A program made the translations under genes and the position numbers. From a virus, in the IMG/VR virus record IMGVR_UViG_3300045988_166195, positions 32,001 to 96,000 of that record: a DNA stretch of 64,000 bases; one strand, given 5' to 3'. The notes beneath the pieces were generated by a model that searched no databases, had not been told where the DNA came from, and worked only from the letters and a program-made list of their open reading frames with translations. Of this stretch, positions 54,132 through 63,635 are shown in pieces (within the stretch, counting starts at the first letter, position 1; every line of letters starts with the position of its first letter).

Positions 54132-54154
54132 CAGGAGGACGGCATAAGGGCTTG

Positions 54155-57100
54155 TCAGTCCTCGTCCGTCGTCGGATCACTTGGATCCGCAGTAAGACCA
54201 GCAACGATGTTTCGAATCTGATCGAGATCGTTCTGTGCTGGTTGGGTGGTGCCCACCTGAGCAGCGTCTGTCTGATCAGACGGGATTGCATCCTCGATGG
54301 CATCAAGGACATCATCCTCGTCAACGACGATCGCGTCGACAGCATGGTTCTCACCATCGTCATCAACGTCGTTACCAGAGGTGGGGTTGGTCAGCGAATC
54401 AACGATGAGGTTGTAGTCGCTGACGATGCGAGCCGACAGCGTGGTGCCGTGAGAAAGAACGAAGAGGCTGTTCTTGGCGCGCGTGAACGCGACGTAATAC
54501 AGCCTCTTCTTCTCTTCGCTCATGTCCGACTGGTCCTTGTAGATGACAACGACGTTGTCAAACTCAAGGCCCTTGACACCATGGACCGTCGACACGATCA
54601 GATCCGCCTTGGTTTCAAGGTTGCGAATCTTGCGTTCCTCGTTGTTGCGATGCATAAGAGCATCGCGAATCGAGTTGTGGCGAATCTCGTGGTCCAAGAT
54701 GCACTTCTTCAAACGATCGAAGAAGACCTCCTTGGTGATGATGCCTGCCTGGTATTCGTACACCCAACCCTGGATAGTGAGGGCGGACGCAGTCCACCAT
54801 TCACTAGCCATCTTGGCGAGTGCTGCCTGCGCGTTCGGGTTGGCACCCGGACCCCGGCTCACGAGTTCCTTGGTGAACACAAACGACGCATTCGCCGGAT
54901 CGACTGCCTCGATGTCGCCCCAGTGGTGCTCGATGAACGACGAGAAGAACGTCGACGCACGACGACGATCGGAGATCATCGAAATGACCGAGCGACCGGG
55001 GAAGAGCTCTTCCAGGCGCTTCTGGATGGCGAAAGCCTCTCGGCGGGTGAATGCCAAGAAGGCGACCTGTTCTCCGCGATTCAGGCATTCCTGGATGTAG
55101 GAGTGCGTGTGCTTCGAGAGAAGCACAGGCAGGTCGCTGAGGAACTTCCTATCTGCCGTGTAGTGCTCATGCACAACACGCACCTTGTCCTGGAACGACT
55201 GTGCCGTCACAGGGGTCAGCGAATTAGCTCGCAGACGGATCTGCGCAAACTGATTTGCCTCGATCTCAGACAAGAGGTGGATATTTGCCATGTCCAAGAC
55301 TTCCTGGTTGGAGCGATAGTTCGTCTCCAGCTTGTACGGCGTGAAGACACCGGATGATTCGAGTGCATTCAGAGCCTTCGGGTTCGCTGAACGGAACTCA
55401 TAGAGCGTCTGCGAACTGTCCCCCACGATAAAGAGCGAACAGCCCAGCTTGTTCACCAGACGAAGCAGGTAGATGAACTCGAAGACCGAGTTATCTTGAA
55501 CTTCGTCAATGATGAGGTGACGGATGTTCAACCCAGCAGGCAGCGGCATCTTGTCGATCATCTGGTAAGCCAGGATGATCTCAAGCTCTAGCGATGTCTG
55601 CTTGATAAGGTTGAGCGCGTCAACTGTCTGCTCCAGGTGTGACTCGATGAAGTTGTTCAGCGCGGTGTGTGCACCCTCAGAGTTACGACCCTCCAGCCTG
55701 CGGAGCTTCTCAGCAAACTGGAACGCGAACGGATCCCCCGGCATGTAGATGCCCAAGGAGTTAGCGATCGTCTCCACAGAGCTCAGCTCGTGGGTGGGGA
55801 AGTAGCTCATATACAGATCGTGAATCATCCGCGCGATTGTCATGGAACGAACGTTGGGATTCTTCTTGATAATGTTGTCCGCCGCTGCGTTGGTGAACGA
55901 CAAGACAGTGATGTCAGACGGATTGACACCGCACAGACCAAGCTGTTGGATACGAGCCAGAATGACCGTGCTCTTACCAGCCCCTGCGCCTGCTTGAGTC
56001 AGGATGAGCGGCTCAGTCGATTGCACAGCAGCAAGCTGCTGAGGCGAGAGCTGTCGCTGTACAGGGATGGTCTTGATGGTCTCTGGTGCACGCTCCAGCT
56101 GATCGCGCTTGCTACCGAGGTCGCTGAGCGTGTCGTTCATGAGCAGGTTCATGTTCTGCTTGACCAGAAGCGAAGCGGTCTGGGGGTCACAGAGCATGTT
56201 GATGGACTCGTAGATCTTGCGATACGCCGACAACGGAACGTTGTACTGCTCCATGTAGCGCAGTTCGTAGACCATCTGGGCCAACTGCTCATCGTCGTAG
56301 GAATGCTTCTTCGACACAAGAGCGTCAATGACATCGTGAATGTCATCAGCGATGTCATCGCTGCTCCAGCGCTGCGCACTGTCCGTGATGTTGTCGTAGA
56401 CGCTGTACTCAGCGTAGAACGTCGCCAACGTGTCAAGGAAGTCGCGCTTACGCGAGTGACTGATACCCGTAGCACGGAAGATCTCATCCCACGGCAGATT
56501 CTCTGCGTCCTCAGCGGGAGCGTAGCTCCAGTCAGCGATGGCCCACGCCAGGTTGGCGTTGCTCATCTTGACGGCCTTGTTGGGGAAGGTGCTGATCGTC
56601 GTGCTGAGCAGAGTCGCACGCTCGCGGTAACTCTCATCCTCAGTGAGGATGAGTGTGTCGTCTGCCTCGTCGTCGAACAGAGCGATGTCATCATCGTCGA
56701 CCTCGATGAAGTCGGGATCGTCAGGATTGATGGTGCCAAGGTCGTTGATGAGACGGGCAAGCATCTGATCATTCAGATCATCGATGTCTTCGTCCTGCTT
56801 GGGCGGGACAACGTAGATCATCGTGCGATACGAGATCTGAAGATCCTTCACCTTGGTCTTGCCGCTGTTGTCTTCGCGCATAGCAAGGCCCTGCACAGAG
56901 CACGATGCCCACACGTCAAACGTGTTGGTGTCATCGGTGAGACGCACGGCGAACTGGTCCATGTCATCGGGGACGGGTACAGTCATGCGACCGTAGCCCT
57001 GCTCGTAGGCACGCTTCACGATGGTGCCAGTCGGGATGATACGGCTGGTGACTGCATTGGATGTCTGCGACATCTTGTAGCGAAGGTCTGTGGTTCCCAT

Positions 57101-57295
57101 GCTGAGACGATCCAGTCCCATGGGATAGCGGCCTGGGATAACAGAGCTGTTGAGCAAGCCCTGCTTCTTACCACGGCCAGTAAGATGCGACGAGAAGTAC
57201 TTGGGCGTCACCGCTTTAATGGTGCGGGCCTTGGTAGCTTCGACAGCAGTGCTGAACTTGGCTGCTTCGTCGATATTATCGAGGAGGATGGGCAT
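54155..57295 (-). CDS. UvrD/Rep-family SF1 helicase with a roughly 400-aa N-terminal domain of unknown function
   Basis: Helicase motifs I (LTQAGAGAGKSTVILARI), Ia (LSFTNAAADNI), II (HLIIDEVQDNS), III (LFIVGDSSQTLYEFRSANP), IV (YRSNQ) and VI (VSTVHGVKGLEFDNVVVI...VAFTRAKNSLFV). An acidic stretch lies between the domains (DDLNDQMLARL...EVDDDDIALFDDEADD). The two long plus-strand ORFs inside it (54101-55357 and 55667-57364) are shadows. Confidence 0.7.
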   Translation of the reverse strand: MPILLDNIDEAAKFSTAVEATKARTIKAVTPKYFSSHLTGRGKKQGLLNSSVIPGRYPMGLDRLSMGTTDLRYKMSQTSNAVTSRIIPTGTIVKRAYEQGYGRMTVPVPDDMDQFAVRLTDDTNTFDVWASCSVQGLAMREDNSGKTKVKDLQISYRTMIYVVPPKQDEDIDDLNDQMLARLINDLGTINPDDPDFIEVDDDDIALFDDEADDTLILTEDESYRERATLLSTTISTFPNKAVKMSNANLAWAIADWSYAPAEDAENLPWDEIFRATGISHSRKRDFLDTLATFYAEYSVYDNITDSAQRWSSDDIADDIHDVIDALVSKKHSYDDEQLAQMVYELRYMEQYNVPLSAYRKIYESINMLCDPQTASLLVKQNMNLLMNDTLSDLGSKRDQLERAPETIKTIPVQRQLSPQQLAAVQSTEPLILTQAGAGAGKSTVILARIQQLGLCGVNPSDITVLSFTNAAADNIIKKNPNVRSMTIARMIHDLYMSYFPTHELSSVETIANSLGIYMPGDPFAFQFAEKLRRLEGRNSEGAHTALNNFIESHLEQTVDALNLIKQTSLELEIILAYQMIDKMPLPAGLNIRHLIIDEVQDNSVFEFIYLLRLVNKLGCSLFIVGDSSQTLYEFRSANPKALNALESSGVFTPYKLETNYRSNQEVLDMANIHLLSEIEANQFAQIRLRANSLTPVTAQSFQDKVRVVHEHYTADRKFLSDLPVLLSKHTHSYIQECLNRGEQVAFLAFTRREAFAIQKRLEELFPGRSVISMISDRRRASTFFSSFIEHHWGDIEAVDPANASFVFTKELVSRGPGANPNAQAALAKMASEWWTASALTIQGWVYEYQAGIITKEVFFDRLKKCILDHEIRHNSIRDALMHRNNEERKIRNLETKADLIVSTVHGVKGLEFDNVVVIYKDQSDMSEEKKRLYYVAFTRAKNSLFVLSHGTTLSARIVSDYNLIVDSLTNPTSGNDVDDDGENHAVDAIVVDEDDVLDAIEDAIPSDQTDAAQVGTTQPAQNDLDQIRNIVAGLTADPSDPTTDED

Positions 57296-57415
57296 ATGAG
57301 CCCTCCTTTCTATTTGAATAAAGAAGAATTGAATAAATGTGTGTATTATCGATCGGCCCGTTAGCGTGTGTTGCCAATAGGCCGACCGATGAAAACAGTG
57401 TTGTGGGGATGGGGG

Positions 57416-58087
57416 TTATACGAGCTTGTAGCCGACGATTGCCATATCATCGCCACTGTCAGGATCGATGAGCGTTCCCACATCGGGCAGATCGCTCAGT
57501 GGCTGGTCGTAGAGACAGCCCTTTTCGTCCGTGTAGACGATATGCATCGAGTCAAGGTTCTTGTTGAGCTTGGGCGCATAGGGTGACAGCAGACCGTAGA
57601 GTGCGAGGGTGCTATCGACCTGCTTTTCCCATGCCGGGGCAAGGGTTGTCTCAATGAGACGCGCGAGGTCTTCCTTCGTCTCGATGTCTTTGAGCATGCA
57701 GGGTGTCGTGCGCAGATACTGCGCAGCACGGCGTCGACTGTCATCGCTGATGATGGCGTTGTAACGATCGTTGGGGTCGTCTTCTCGCAGCCAATACCAG
57801 CCATTGTCAAGTGCATACATGGGCGCACCGGTTCGGGCATCAGAAAGATGGAGATCGACGAGCTGGCGAAGCCACGGGAACGCTCGAAGGATGTGGTCAT
57901 GGACCATGCCGCAATCGTCGGGCTCGTTGTCGAAAAAGAATCCATCGTTGTCCTGGCGTTCGTAGTACACTTCCCCAGTAACGCTGATGCGGTCATCGTT
58001 AATGCCGTATGTGGCGATGACCTTGATGCGGGTTCCGTTGGTCTCGGTGAGGATGTCTTCAACGGTATGCGTGCATGTGTAACGCAT
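57416..58087 (-). CDS. Hypothetical protein (223 aa)
   Basis: Complex composition (Y/W/D-rich), co-directional with the flanking genes. No motif recognised. Confidence 0.4.
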   Translation of the reverse strand: MRYTCTHTVEDILTETNGTRIKVIATYGINDDRISVTGEVYYERQDNDGFFFDNEPDDCGMVHDHILRAFPWLRQLVDLHLSDARTGAPMYALDNGWYWLREDDPNDRYNAIISDDSRRRAAQYLRTTPCMLKDIETKEDLARLIETTLAPAWEKQVDSTLALYGLLSPYAPKLNKNLDSMHIVYTDEKGCLYDQPLSDLPDVGTLIDPDSGDDMAIVGYKLV

Positions 58088-58167
58088 GGGTATGGCTCCT
58101 TATGGGTAAGTGATGGGGTATGTGGACGTGGTTCGCCTACGCAACGTTTGTTACGTAGGCGAACCGG

Positions 58168-58395
58168 TTAGAAGCGGGTAAGAATCGGTGTCTTACTGTT
58201 ATCTGAGATGAGATCTTCAAGAGACCCATCAGTGAGATACTCACCCTGTGCGGAGATCCATGCTGGAGTCATATCATCCCCACGGAGGTATCGGAAGAAC
58301 ACCATTCCATCGAAAGTGATGACGGATCCACCAGGGAGCTGAGAAGTCTTCACCAGGAGGTTGTCCCCAGAGGGGTAGGTAACGATAGAGATCAT
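58168..58395 (-). CDS. Small hypothetical protein (75 aa)
   Basis: Compact ORF immediately upstream of the Clp-like gene, with AGGACC-like Shine-Dalgarno context. Confidence 0.25.
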   Translation of the reverse strand: MISIVTYPSGDNLLVKTSQLPGGSVITFDGMVFFRYLRGDDMTPAWISAQGEYLTDGSLEDLISDNSKTPILTRF

Positions 58396-58410
58396 TGCTG
58401 GTCCTTTCTA

Positions 58411-60285
58411 TTAGTTGTTCGCAGCAGAGAGTAGAGAGTCTTCGATGAAGCCTCGAATAGCTCGAACAGCGGGGCGCGCGCCTTGGTCTTTCAGGTATGT
58501 CTCTGCCACCAATCGATCGATGGTGTCATCGTCGATGGGATCGAAGCTCATACCTGGGTTCTCAGCGCAGATTCGTGCAACTTGGCGATCGTATTCATCA
58601 CGCAGAATCTCTGCGTATTCGCTGGTCCCTAGCGGCATGAATGCGATGAGGTCATCAAACCGGCCAAGTAGTTCCGCATCAAAGCTATTCTGTAGCTCAT
58701 TGGTGAGCGATTGCTTTGAAATACTCTGCGTATGGTTACCAAACCCCATCTGGGATCCAGAGAGCTTCTGCCTGCCAGCATTCGTTGTTGCGATGACAAT
58801 GCAACGAGACATGTCGACGGCGGGGCCGTTGGCCATCTGGATTTCGCCAGTATCGAGTGCGGAGAGGAACAGTCGCTGTACCGACATGTGTGCCTTCTCG
58901 AACTCATCCAGAACGATGACTCGATAGGGGTTCGATACCAAGGTATCGAACGGGCGCTCTCGTGCACTCTCAGAGCCAACATAGCCAGAGGGGGAACCAA
59001 TGATCCGGTTGATCGTGTGCGCATCGTGGAACTCTGCCATGTTGAGCAGGATGGGTTCCTGTCCTGTGACCATCTGGGAGATGATCTTGGCAGTCTCGGA
59101 CTTGCCCACGCCGGATGCCCCAGCGAAAAGCCACGACGTTGGTCGCGTTTGGGGGAAGATGTTCAGCTCGCGCCTGCGTAGTGCGTCAACGAGACGCGGA
59201 AGCACGTCCTCCTGGCCCTTCAACCTGGAGAGTTCACTCTCCAGAGTCTCGACATCAAGCTGCGGCGGCTGTGACTGGCCGGTCACAAGCAGCATGGCGA
59301 TCGTGTTGAGACGCTTGGAGGTCAGCGGGATCTGGGTGATCTGCTGAAGCATCTGCGCATACGAGGTGTTGCCAGAGGCGAGTGCTTCCTGGATCGCAGC
59401 GTGATGGCTGATCACGCTGTGGCTGAGAGCTCGATCGAGCAATGTGATGGCAGTATCGGGGCGATGCCCGGTACTCATGAGACGATCAGCGGTAGCAACG
59501 ATGTCATCGAGGACATCAGATGCAACGCTGACCTTGTTCTGGTAGTGCGTGAGCATGTCGGGTAGAACGACATCGAGAATCGAGCGAGTCTGCTCTCGGT
59601 TAAGCTCATCGACGATGACAGACGAGAAGCGACGCTTGAATGCCGGATCATCGTCAAGACGCTTTGCCTCACCCATCGTCGTTGCTGCGATGACACGTAG
59701 GTATCCTCGGGCCAACGCAGGCTTGAGGATTTGTGCAATCTTGCTGTAGGTGGGATTGCTGTCATCAGCAATGATGTGGATCTCATCAATGAAGAGCAGT
59801 GCGTCATTATCTGGATCCTGAGCGAACTTGATAATGTCGGTGATGCGGTTCTCTAGCTCACCGACGATGCCAGCGCCAGCGACAAGCGTGGCGATCGGCA
59901 GCTCATAGATGGTGGTGTTTTTGAGCTGCGGAGGCACGGATGCCTCCTGGTTGGCGATGCGCCTGGCAATCTCTTCGACGATGGCGGTTTTGCCAACACC
60001 TGCTGGACCAACAAGAAGCGCGTTCGGCTTACGCGACGACGAAATGATGCTCATCGTCTGAGTGACGATCTCGTCACGGAAGAGCGCCGGAGAGGACTTC
60101 TTGTGTTCTTCGTTGTAGTTGATGAGCATGTCATCAATCTCGGAGCCACCGGTAATGGTGTGATTGTGCGATGGCGCAGACGGGCCAACGCTGACGATGT
60201 TGGGTGCACCAGAGCCAACGCCTGATCCGGTTGGGTTGTTGGTGCTGTCGTCATCGTTACCGGGCGTGAAGTTGGACAGGCCCAT
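58411..60285 (-). CDS. Clp/Hsp100-family double AAA+ ATPase, intein-free paralog of 29260-33033
   Basis: D1: ALLVGPAGVGKTAIVEEIARRIA, Walker B ALLFIDEIHII. D2: WLFAGASGVGKSETAKIISQMV, Walker B RVIVLDEFEKAH. No Clp N-domain. Gly/Ser-rich N-terminus. GGAGG Shine-Dalgarno (aaaaaaggaggcacgccTATGgg on the minus strand). Confidence 0.65.
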   Translation of the reverse strand: MGLSNFTPGNDDDSTNNPTGSGVGSGAPNIVSVGPSAPSHNHTITGGSEIDDMLINYNEEHKKSSPALFRDEIVTQTMSIISSSRKPNALLVGPAGVGKTAIVEEIARRIANQEASVPPQLKNTTIYELPIATLVAGAGIVGELENRITDIIKFAQDPDNDALLFIDEIHIIADDSNPTYSKIAQILKPALARGYLRVIAATTMGEAKRLDDDPAFKRRFSSVIVDELNREQTRSILDVVLPDMLTHYQNKVSVASDVLDDIVATADRLMSTGHRPDTAITLLDRALSHSVISHHAAIQEALASGNTSYAQMLQQITQIPLTSKRLNTIAMLLVTGQSQPPQLDVETLESELSRLKGQEDVLPRLVDALRRRELNIFPQTRPTSWLFAGASGVGKSETAKIISQMVTGQEPILLNMAEFHDAHTINRIIGSPSGYVGSESARERPFDTLVSNPYRVIVLDEFEKAHMSVQRLFLSALDTGEIQMANGPAVDMSRCIVIATTNAGRQKLSGSQMGFGNHTQSISKQSLTNELQNSFDAELLGRFDDLIAFMPLGTSEYAEILRDEYDRQVARICAENPGMSFDPIDDDTIDRLVAETYLKDQGARPAVRAIRGFIEDSLLSAANN

Positions 60286-60396
60286 AGGCGTGCCTCCTTT
60301 TTTGAATAAATGGGAATTGAATGAATAGTTTGTGGACCCTCCCTCCCTCTCTTTTTCACCAGTAGATGGCTAAAAGAGGGGAGAGAGGGCGCAGTG

Positions 60397-62097
60397 TCAC
60401 TTGGTCATGCCGAGGATACGAGAGCCCGTGGTGGGATCGATCGTCTTCATGTGGTGAGTGAAATCTATAGCGCTTTGGCGCAAAAATTCGTACCAGTTAT
60501 CCGGGACAGAGATCGGCACATAGTACAGATTCTCAGGCACGTCGATGTGGTACGAGCCAGGCCACCATTCGAAGTCGGTGATCACCAGGTTAAGTCGACG
60601 CTTGAACGGAGGATTCTCGTTAATGAGCTTGTAGATCTGCTCATAGTCCGTACCACCGCTCACCTTAGGCACGGCAGCAAACTGCTTCCACACCTGGGTG
60701 ATGGAACGGTCCTTGATACGAAGACGCACAGGCGTTGGCATGACGTGCGAGAAACTCGTGAAGTACAGATCCACGCCCATTCGCTTGGCAAACTGAATGA
60801 GCATCTTGATCGTATCCTCGTAGTTCTCGGTGGAGATAGACCCGGAGGTATCCAGGTAGATGTGGATGTCCGGCATATACTTGCGAGACACAATCTTGCC
60901 TGGCTTGTTCGGATCGTTAGGCTGACGCCTGTTCGCTCGAACAAAGCTCGTGCTGACATTCCTGATGGAATTGAGCGACTGGTTGACCTTAGACATGCGC
61001 GTGAGGACACGCATGACCGACTTGTAAATGTCAACCGGTCGTGTGGGTCGCTTGCGGAACACAACGCGACCGCTACGGCCCGCTTGGTGCTGTGCGTTGG
61101 ACAAGCTGTTGGCAGCTTGCGCGGACGCCTTTTGCTGGGCGCGAGCGAGCGCAGTGAGCTTGCTGAGCTGACCGGGCGTGACAAGTTTGACCGGGTTGTG
61201 GAGGGACTTCATGATGAGATCCCACTCAGCGTTGATCTTGCGCATCGACGCCCTGGCATGAGCCTCGACATTGATGAGGACCAACGTACGAGGCAGTGCC
61301 AACTCAGCGATGCTGAAGGGCAGCATGCCGCACGTTTCAGGCGCACCAGGCTGGCTTGGCTGCTGCATGTGGGTCCACGTACTGAGAGCCCACATGAGGA
61401 TACGTGCGAATGAGTACTCGTTGAGAGCCTGTGAATCATTTGCTCGCAGAATGAGAGACTCAGTGAGGCCGCTGAGGTCGATCTTGTCAAACTGCTGGAA
61501 CATCCGGTTATCAGCCGGGGTGATGTTCGATGAGATCTTGGCGAGTTCGCCGCGTAGCCACGTCTTGAAGCTGTCGAATTCTGCATCCGTACGGAACCAG
61601 AAGCCGACAGTGTGCGGGTGGAAAGTCCATCCCAAAGACACCAGCAGGAGATCCGTACCGGCATTGCCAGCAAGAACATCCTTGGCCGTAGGCATCACGT
61701 CGCTCTGCGTGGTGTACAGAGCCTTGCTGGGATCAGGCAGCTTACAACGCGCTGCTGCTTGGGTGATGAACACTTCGTCGACAGGCGATGATGCGGACGG
61801 AATCCATCGAACAAGGGACTGTTCGAAGATCACGCGCATGGTGGCCTGCGCGTCTGCGTCGAGAACCTCGCCAACGGCGCGAAGGAGCAGATCGTTGACT
61901 CCATCAGAGTCAACATCGCGTCCGTCGATCGTCAGATCGACATTACCGCCTGGGGTAAGCGGCTCGAAGACGGTCTGCGTGATCATCGTGTCGAGCGTGA
62001 CGAGGGGTTCGCAATCACCCGTGAAAGGGGCGATAGGAACATACTGGTCGATATGATTGGGCTTTTGCCCGGTTAGGGTAATGGATGGAGAAGCCAT
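60397..62097 (-). CDS. von Willebrand factor A (vWA/MIDAS) domain protein, partner of the adjacent MoxR-like ATPase
   Basis: C-terminal vWA with MIDAS DxSGS (MPDIHIYLDTSGSISTENYEDTIKML) and a downstream T/D (VSGGTDYEQIY ... LVITDFEW). The large N-terminal region is unassigned. The 339-aa plus-strand ORF inside is a shadow. Confidence 0.6.
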   Translation of the reverse strand: MASPSITLTGQKPNHIDQYVPIAPFTGDCEPLVTLDTMITQTVFEPLTPGGNVDLTIDGRDVDSDGVNDLLLRAVGEVLDADAQATMRVIFEQSLVRWIPSASSPVDEVFITQAAARCKLPDPSKALYTTQSDVMPTAKDVLAGNAGTDLLLVSLGWTFHPHTVGFWFRTDAEFDSFKTWLRGELAKISSNITPADNRMFQQFDKIDLSGLTESLILRANDSQALNEYSFARILMWALSTWTHMQQPSQPGAPETCGMLPFSIAELALPRTLVLINVEAHARASMRKINAEWDLIMKSLHNPVKLVTPGQLSKLTALARAQQKASAQAANSLSNAQHQAGRSGRVVFRKRPTRPVDIYKSVMRVLTRMSKVNQSLNSIRNVSTSFVRANRRQPNDPNKPGKIVSRKYMPDIHIYLDTSGSISTENYEDTIKMLIQFAKRMGVDLYFTSFSHVMPTPVRLRIKDRSITQVWKQFAAVPKVSGGTDYEQIYKLINENPPFKRRLNLVITDFEWWPGSYHIDVPENLYYVPISVPDNWYEFLRQSAIDFTHHMKTIDPTTGSRILGMTK

Positions 62098-62198
62098 CGG
62101 TGCCCCTTTCTTGAAAACGGGGGATAAAGCTATATGTGGTCGTGTCCGGCGTAGCCGAAGGAGAATGAAGCGCTACGCCGGACACGATGCTTGTGAAC

Positions 62199-63449
62199 TC
62201 AGTCGATGCCCATGGCTGCGATGACCGTGTTGATCTTGAGCGCGACGCCATCGCTGAGATGCATGAGAGTTTCGCAGTTCTTCTTATAGAGTGCGCCACT
62301 CGACCACAAGACAATGAGATCGTTGATATGGCTCTGTTCGAGCTTGTCGAGTCGTGCATTCAACGCCTGGATGATCACATGGTTGTCTTCGCGCTCGTAC
62401 ATAGCGAACACGAGGCAACCGGATGCGTCGTTGTCGGTCATGGTTGCAACAACCTGGTTGACGGCATCAATGCTGTTCGTCGCGGCCTTCTTGAGCTCGC
62501 TATAGATGCGAGGCTTGACAACCCGTTGAGCGTTGTTGTTACCAGTACTGCCCTTGCTGAGCTCATCACTGATGACGCCCATCAGCAAGGTGGTGAACGA
62601 GGTGTTGCCGGTCATACCTTCGATGACCTCCTGAAGATAGGAGACATGTCGACCGTCTCGGGTCGTCGACGGAGTAGCCATGAGACTGGCAACCTCTTCG
62701 AACGACAGGACGCCCAGGTACTGAGAGACGCCGTCGATCGTACGCGGGGTAGCGAACGGTCGGATCTCTTCGGTTCCGTCGAAAAGGTCGAAGACGGACA
62801 CCGTGGCGTTGTCGTCATCATCGTCGTCTTGACCATCTGCGACAGCCTGCTCGTTGGTGTTCTTGACGAACACCGTCTCAGGGTGCTTTTCGAGCACAGT
62901 CTTCACCCACGGGTGGAGGTTCTGACCAAGAACCTCGATAAGCGTCGACGCATCAGGCGCGACATTGATGATGGTGAAACGCGAAACAGATGCATCATCC
63001 AGAGCAGTGACGTTACCCTTGTCGTTACCTGCGACAATGATGCGCAGGTTCTTGGGCAAGTCTTCGTCACCGATGCGACGCAGCGTGACAAGCGTGAGAG
63101 TACCCGAAGTCACGTCAGACGTGGTTCGGTTAATCTCATCGAGAAAGAGAATCGGCTGCTCATTCGGGTTCTCCTTGGCGTAATTGATCGCCTGGGAAAT
63201 AACCGAATGCGGGAAGAACTTCTGAGACCACACTCCCGTCTTCTCGTCCAGAACAAGGCGTGCGCCCGTTAGGTCAGCTTTATCGGCCAACAGGTTGCAG
63301 GGCAAGGTAAAGCACCGGGTGTTGGTGCGTCGGGCCACGTCCTCGACGAACGAGGACTTGCCGATGCCCGGCTCGCCCATGAGGGCTGGGACGCGGTTGG
63401 CGTCCAGTAGCTTGACCGTGGTGGTGACAAGCAGTTCGTTGAAGAGCAT
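62199..63449 (-). CDS. MoxR-family AAA+ ATPase
   Basis: Walker A VPALMGEPGIGKSSFVEDVAR. Walker B PILFLDEINRTTSDV. Sensor and arginine region LRIIVAGNDKG. A start at the internal ATG (MLFNELLV...) follows AGGAGG. The roughly 70-aa N-terminal extension in the ORF track is probably untranslated. Confidence 0.65.
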   Translation of the reverse strand: MLFNELLVTTTVKLLDANRVPALMGEPGIGKSSFVEDVARRTNTRCFTLPCNLLADKADLTGARLVLDEKTGVWSQKFFPHSVISQAINYAKENPNEQPILFLDEINRTTSDVTSGTLTLVTLRRIGDEDLPKNLRIIVAGNDKGNVTALDDASVSRFTIINVAPDASTLIEVLGQNLHPWVKTVLEKHPETVFVKNTNEQAVADGQDDDDDDNATVSVFDLFDGTEEIRPFATPRTIDGVSQYLGVLSFEEVASLMATPSTTRDGRHVSYLQEVIEGMTGNTSFTTLLMGVISDELSKGSTGNNNAQRVVKPRIYSELKKAATNSIDAVNQVVATMTDNDASGCLVFAMYEREDNHVIIQALNARLDKLEQSHINDLIVLWSSGALYKKNCETLMHLSDGVALKINTVIAAMGID

Positions 63450-63635
63450 ATTTCCTCCTGAATAAAATTGGTTGAATAAAGTCATGGAGTCAGACCGCGC
63501 CGTGAGGCGGTCTGACTCTCTATTTCTTGTCTCGGGTCGTACTTTGTACGACCGTCCATAACTCTCCCGAAAACCCTGGTGTTCCAGTAGAATGGATACA
63601 TAGCACTGGACATACATAGGAGAGGTGAGAGAGTT

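Noticed and set aside
54101-57364. Plus-strand ORFs 54101-55357 (418 aa) and 55667-57364 (565 aa)
   Set aside because: Both lie antisense inside the UvrD-family helicase gene, which has a full set of SF1 motifs. Their composition is R/L/V-rich and they have no Shine-Dalgarno.
60394-63272. Plus-strand ORFs 60394-61413 and 62187-63272
   Set aside because: Antisense to the vWA gene (MIDAS motif present) and to the MoxR gene (Walker A and B present).
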